Position numbers and translations under genes: made by a program. The notes below the pieces were generated by a model, which did not search any database, was not told the origin of the DNA, and was given only the letters and a program-made list of their open reading frames with translations. DNA of 40,936 bases from Octopus bimaculoides (Eukaryota). The stretch is taken from positions 33,397,433 to 33,438,368 of the forward strand of contig NC_069000.1 of the NCBI RefSeq assembly GCF_001194135.2. Reading direction: 5' to 3'. Shown in pieces: positions 37,000 to 40,936 of the stretch; positions within the stretch are counted from its first letter, which is position 1; every line of letters starts with the position of its first letter.

Positions 37000-37960
37000 T
37001 TGATGCTGGTGGTGGCGGTGATGGTGATGGTTGTAGTAATGGTGGTGCTGGTGATTGTGATGATAATGGTGATGATGATGATAGTGAGGGTGCTGATGGG
37101 GGAGATGGTGGTGGTGGTGGTGGTGGTTGTCGTTGTACTAGAAGTGGCGTTGGTAGTTGGGGTGGTTCCGGTGGTGGTGTTGTGGCGATAACAGTGGTGG
37201 TGGTGGTGGTGTTAAACAAGACGACTTGTAATGTCTNNNNNNNNNNNNNNNNNNNNNNNNNNNNNNNNNNNNNNNNNNNNNNNNNNNNNNNNNNNNNNNN
37301 NNNNNNNNNNNNNNNNNNNNNNNNNNNNNNNNNNNNNNNNNNNNNNNNNNNNNNNNNNNNNNNNNNNNNNNNNNNNNNNNNNNNNNNNNNNNNNNNNNNN
37401 NNNNNNNNNNNNNNNNNNNNNNNNNNNNNNNNNNNNNNNNNNNNNNNNNNNNNNNNNNNNNNNNNNNNNNNNNNNNNNNNNNNNNNNNNNNNNNNNNNNN
37501 NNNNNNNNNNNNNNNNNNNNNNNNNNNNNNNNNNNNNNNNNNNNNNNNNNNNNNNNNNNNNNNNNNNNNNNNNNNNNNNNNNNNNNNNNNNNNNNNNNNN
37601 NNNNNNNNNNNNNNNNNNNNNNNNNNNNNNNNNGTGGTGGTGGTGGTGGTGGTGGTGGTGGTGGTAGAGGTGGTGGAGGTAATGAGAATTGTGCTGATGT
37701 TGCTAAGATTTCGTAACCTACGATCATGGTGGTAAATGACAGTAATGACTGTGGTGGTCCCCGGTGAATGAACACGATGGTTGTAATGGTGGTACTGATG
37801 ATCATCATCATCTTCATCAACCTCATCATCCTCTTTTCCTCCTCCTCCTCCTTCTCTTCCTCCTCCTCCTCCTCATCATCATCATTATTGTGATTTTGAT
37901 GGTGGTAAGAATGATTATAATGAGGAGGAGGAAGACGACGGAACAGCAACGAGAATGATA
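37000..37960. repeat. (GGT/GAT)n and (CCT/CAT)n tracts flanking gap 37237-37633
   Basis: Direct. Confidence 0.9.
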
Positions 37961-38129
37961 ATGATCATCATCCTCGTGATCATGAGAGTGGACACATTGT
38001 AGTTAAAGAGAAGTGGCGAATGATGACACAGTGACGGAAAAGGGACGAGTGCAGACGAGGTGACATGTCCGTACCCGAGGGGTTGGCTAATTAGTGAAAA
38101 TCACTCCTCAATCTGGGTGACGAAGTATC

Positions 38130-38630
38130 AATGATATAATTTGGCTACAGATATCGATAGCATTAGATACACATTCAAGGTCGTTGTTTCCAGATCTTGT
38201 TGTTTTGCTTTGTAGCCAACCCATCTCGTTATGATTTGGAGAGTTTGCAAAGATCCAAAAGACTTGCCATGTCTCCGAGTGTCCTTTAAATCTAGAAGGC
38301 TCTGCTAAGTCTTCTGCGAAATCAATGTACATATCACCTATCTTCAAAACAATCCAATAAAACTGCTGAATACTAGGAACTGGAAGAATGGTTCAGTTAC
38401 CAGTGCTGCCAGGCGCGTTGCGAGGTAACTGAAATGGACCGTCGGGATTTTGTAGGGCGTTCATTCTGCAAAGCTCTGATTGGGTTTGGAGTTTGATATC
38501 GATACAGCAAATAGGTGAGCCATAAAATTCCATTACTAAAGCTGCATAGAAGACCCTTGGAAGCATTGGCTAAAGAGAGCAGACTGGAGGCTTGCGATTA
38601 CAGGGTTGCAAGCTGAGATTTGATCAGCCC
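38130..38630 (-). mobile_element. Decayed CR1-type LINE reverse-transcriptase fragment
   Basis: The minus strand carries AGADQI (GPDxI-like), RSISVTS (YRPISLTS-like) and DMYIDFAE (YxDFxKAFD-like) remnants in the expected order, with stops and frameshifts. Confidence 0.55.
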
Positions 38631-38734
38631 CGGCTAATTCATGTGGGGTAGGGGTCTTATGCCGAAAGGGGTCTTATACCGAAAGACAAACACAAAGATA
38701 TATACATATACACGCACACACATACACACACATG

Positions 38735-39030
38735 ATTTTACTCTTTTACTTGTTTCAGTCATTTGACTGCGTCCATGTTTGAGCACCACCTTTTGCATAT
38801 ATATATCTTTTATATTTTACTAGTTTCGGTCATTAGACTGCGGCCATGCTGGGGTACTACCTTTAAGAATTTTAGTTGAGTGAATAGACCGCAGTACAAT
38901 TTTTTAAAGCCTGGTACTCATTTTATTGATAGCTTTTGCCGAACCGTTATGTTAAGGGGAGGTAAACACACCAACACAAGTTGCCAAGCAGTGGAAGGGG
39001 GACAAATACTGACTCGCGCATGTGTGTGTG
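38735..39030 (-). mobile_element. Family A SINE 3' portions (two tails)
   Basis: ttttactcttttacttgtttcagtcatttgactgcg and gtttcggtcattagactgcggccatgctgg...gccgaaccgttatgttaagggga. Confidence 0.8.
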
Positions 39031-39044
39031 TGTGTGTGTGTGTG

Positions 39045-39283
39045 GATATCGTGGCACTCCGTCGGTTACGACGACGAGGGTTCCAGCTGATCCGATCAAA
39101 GGAACAGCCTGCTCGTGAAATTAACGCGCATGTGGCTGAGCACTCCACAAACACGTAAGATTCAGCGTGACACTGAGCGTGACAAAGCTGGCCCTTTGAA
39201 ATACTGATACAGCAGAAACAGGAAGAAAGAGTGAGAGAAACTTGTGGTAAAAGAGTACAGCAGAGTTCGCCACCCAGCCCCAT
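39045..39283 (+). repeat. Dispersed octopus interspersed repeat, cut by a gap
   Basis: gtggcactccgtcggttacgacgacgagggttccagctgatccgatcaaaggaacagcctgctcgtgaaattaacg; recalled as a frequent octopus repeat, class uncertain. Confidence 0.55.
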
Positions 39284-40055
39284 NNNNNNNNNNNNNNNNN
39301 NNNNNNNNNNNNNNNNNNNNNNNNNNNNNNNNNNNNNNNNNNNNNNNNNNNNNNNNNNNNNNNNNNNNNNNNNNNNNNNNNNNNNNNNNNNNNNNNNNNN
39401 NNNNNNNNNNNNNNNNNNNNNNNNNNNNNNNNNNNNNNNNNNNNNNNNNNNNNNNNNNNNNNNNNNNNNNNNNNNNNNNNNNNNNNNNNNNNNNNNNNNN
39501 NNNNNNNNNNNNNNNNNNNNNNNNNNNNNNNNNNNNNNNNNNNNNNNNNNNNNNNNNNNNNNNNNNNNNNNNNNNNNNNNNNNNNNNNNNNNNNNNNNNN
39601 NNNNNNNNNNNNNNNNNNNNNNNNNNNNNNNNNNNNNNNNNNNNNNNNNNNNNNNNNNNNNNNNNNNNNNNNNNNNNNNNNNNNNNNNNNNNNNNNNNNN
39701 NNNNNNNNNNNNNNNNNNNNNNNNNNNNNNNNNNNNNNNNNNNNNNNNNNNNNNNNNNNNNNNNNNNNNNNNNNNNNNNNNNNNNNNNNNNNNNNNNNNN
39801 NNNNNNNNNNNNNNNNNNNNNNNNNNNNNNNNNNNNNNNNNNNNNNNNNNNNNNNNNNNNNNNNNNNNNNNNNNNNNNNNNNNNNNNNNNNNNNNNNNNN
39901 NNNNNNNNNNNNNNNNNNNNNNNNNNNNNNNNNNNNNNNNNNNNNNNNNNNNNNNNNNNNNNNNNNNNNNNNNNNNNNNNNNNNNNNNNNNNNNNNNNNN
40001 NNNNNNNNNNNNNNNNNNNNNNNNNNNNNNNNNNNNNNNNNNNNNNNNNNNNNNN
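39284..40055. other. Assembly gap
   Basis: N run. Confidence 1.
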
Positions 40056-40226
40056 AACTTTTATCTTACTAAAATTGACTTGAAACCATGGTACAGAATA
40101 TAGATTGGTAAATGTTTTTATTTTTCATCCCCTTTCGAAATTATCCCTACTTTTTGTGGTATGTAGTCTTGCTGCTATTTCTAGCGGGTTAGATGTCCTA
40201 TTACAGGCATCTCTGTATTTTAAATG

Positions 40227-40264
<38 letters not shown>

Positions 40265-40400
40265 GTTTCTGCATTTTCTATCTATCAAATCCACTCAAAA
40301 GACTTTGGTCGGACCGAGGCTCTAATCTAAGACACTTGGTCCAATTCCCGCAGTGGGATTGGACCTAGAACCATATGGCTGAGAAGCAATCTTGCGCCTA
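40265..40400 (-). mobile_element. Family A SINE head
   Basis: aaatccactcaaaagactttggtcggaccgaggct...aagacacttg...cgcagtgggattggacctagaaccatatgg. Confidence 0.75.
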
Positions 40401-40570
40401 TCTTTGTTTTTGTTTTTGTTTTTGTCAGATATGCGCAACAGTTGCACCGTACTATTACGGCCGCTTCAGCCGATGTAGTTGGCCGGTAGGCGACTAAGAA
40501 ACAAAAATAAAATAAAGCAATGATAAAGTAAAATACTACTACCAATCCAACCACCATTACGCACTGCAAA

Positions 40571-40634
40571 ATGGACGTTGCGCTACTTTTACAGAAGCGA
40601 TACTTTTACGTTCCCTTAGTGATAACTGCGGTTG
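40571..40634 (+). CDS. Candidate first coding exon encoding a signal-peptide N-terminus (ends in phase 1); compatible with APCDD1-like exon 1
   Basis: Start context caaaATGG, 21 codons MDVALLLQKRYFYVPLVITAV plus G, donor G|gtatgt, preceded by a CpG-enriched patch (about 40430-40500). Confidence 0.45.
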
Positions 40635-40901
40635 GTATGTCAATGATCCAATGTTAAGTTTAATAGCTAACCGGGTGAAAATATCGTGCATCTTGTAGGG
40701 GTTGCTAACGGGCGATTGTAGGTAAGGTTTATGCAAAATGTACGGGGTGGGGACAACTTTAAAGTGTATAGTTCCAGGCATTCGGTGTCGGTAAATTGAA
40801 ACTGGGCTCTGTGTGAAGTCAGAAGTTTGGTGCATTAAAATGATTTTTATTGCCTTTCGAAAACACATTTTTAGAGACTTCATTTCGCCGATGCGCCTCT
40901 T

Positions 40902-40936
<35 letters not shown>

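Noticed and set aside
36152-37949. Poly-K/E/P/G ORFs
   Set aside because: Trinucleotide low-complexity tracts with no splice or domain support.
3990-40103. Long X-filled ORFs, for example 6418-7551, 35291-36868 and 39231-40103
   Set aside because: Read-through of N gaps flanked by microsatellites.
1-40936. tRNA genes, snRNAs, CRISPR arrays or operon-like systems
   Set aside because: tRNA-like segments are decayed SINE heads. No regular repeat-spacer array, RNA gene match or prokaryotic gene cluster was seen.

Overview
AT-rich, microsatellite- and SINE-saturated eukaryotic DNA from a gapped short-read scaffold (7 N-gaps; an Illumina adapter remnant at 30592-30603). The tRNA-derived SINE families point to an octopus genome (inference from recalled repeat consensus sequences). 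Almost all of the window is intronic or intergenic repeat: two main SINE families in both orientations, decayed RTE and CR1 LINE pieces, a mariner-derived MITE, a decayed ~44-bp minisatellite and many simple repeats. Most entries in the ORF track are artefacts of these repeats or of the N runs. The best coding signal is a 148-nt + strand exon (13144-13291). It encodes the end of a signal peptide and then ...CESILADISHETVTLSFPSDLTGIWTSQR, which resembles exon 2 of APCDD1-family proteins. A phase-compatible ATG/signal-peptide first exon lies 27 kb downstream of it (40571-40634), so the exon order looks inverted; scaffold mis-ordering or tandem paralogues are the likeliest explanations. Three long non-SINE inverted-repeat pairs (8530-9245, 21855-23210, 30319-31260) could form dsRNA, and the first captures a candidate exon of a weakly supported minus-strand single-pass membrane protein gene. 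I found no CRISPR array, rRNA or true tRNA, and no prokaryote-style multi-gene system. Repeat boundaries are approximate and identities were judged by eye.
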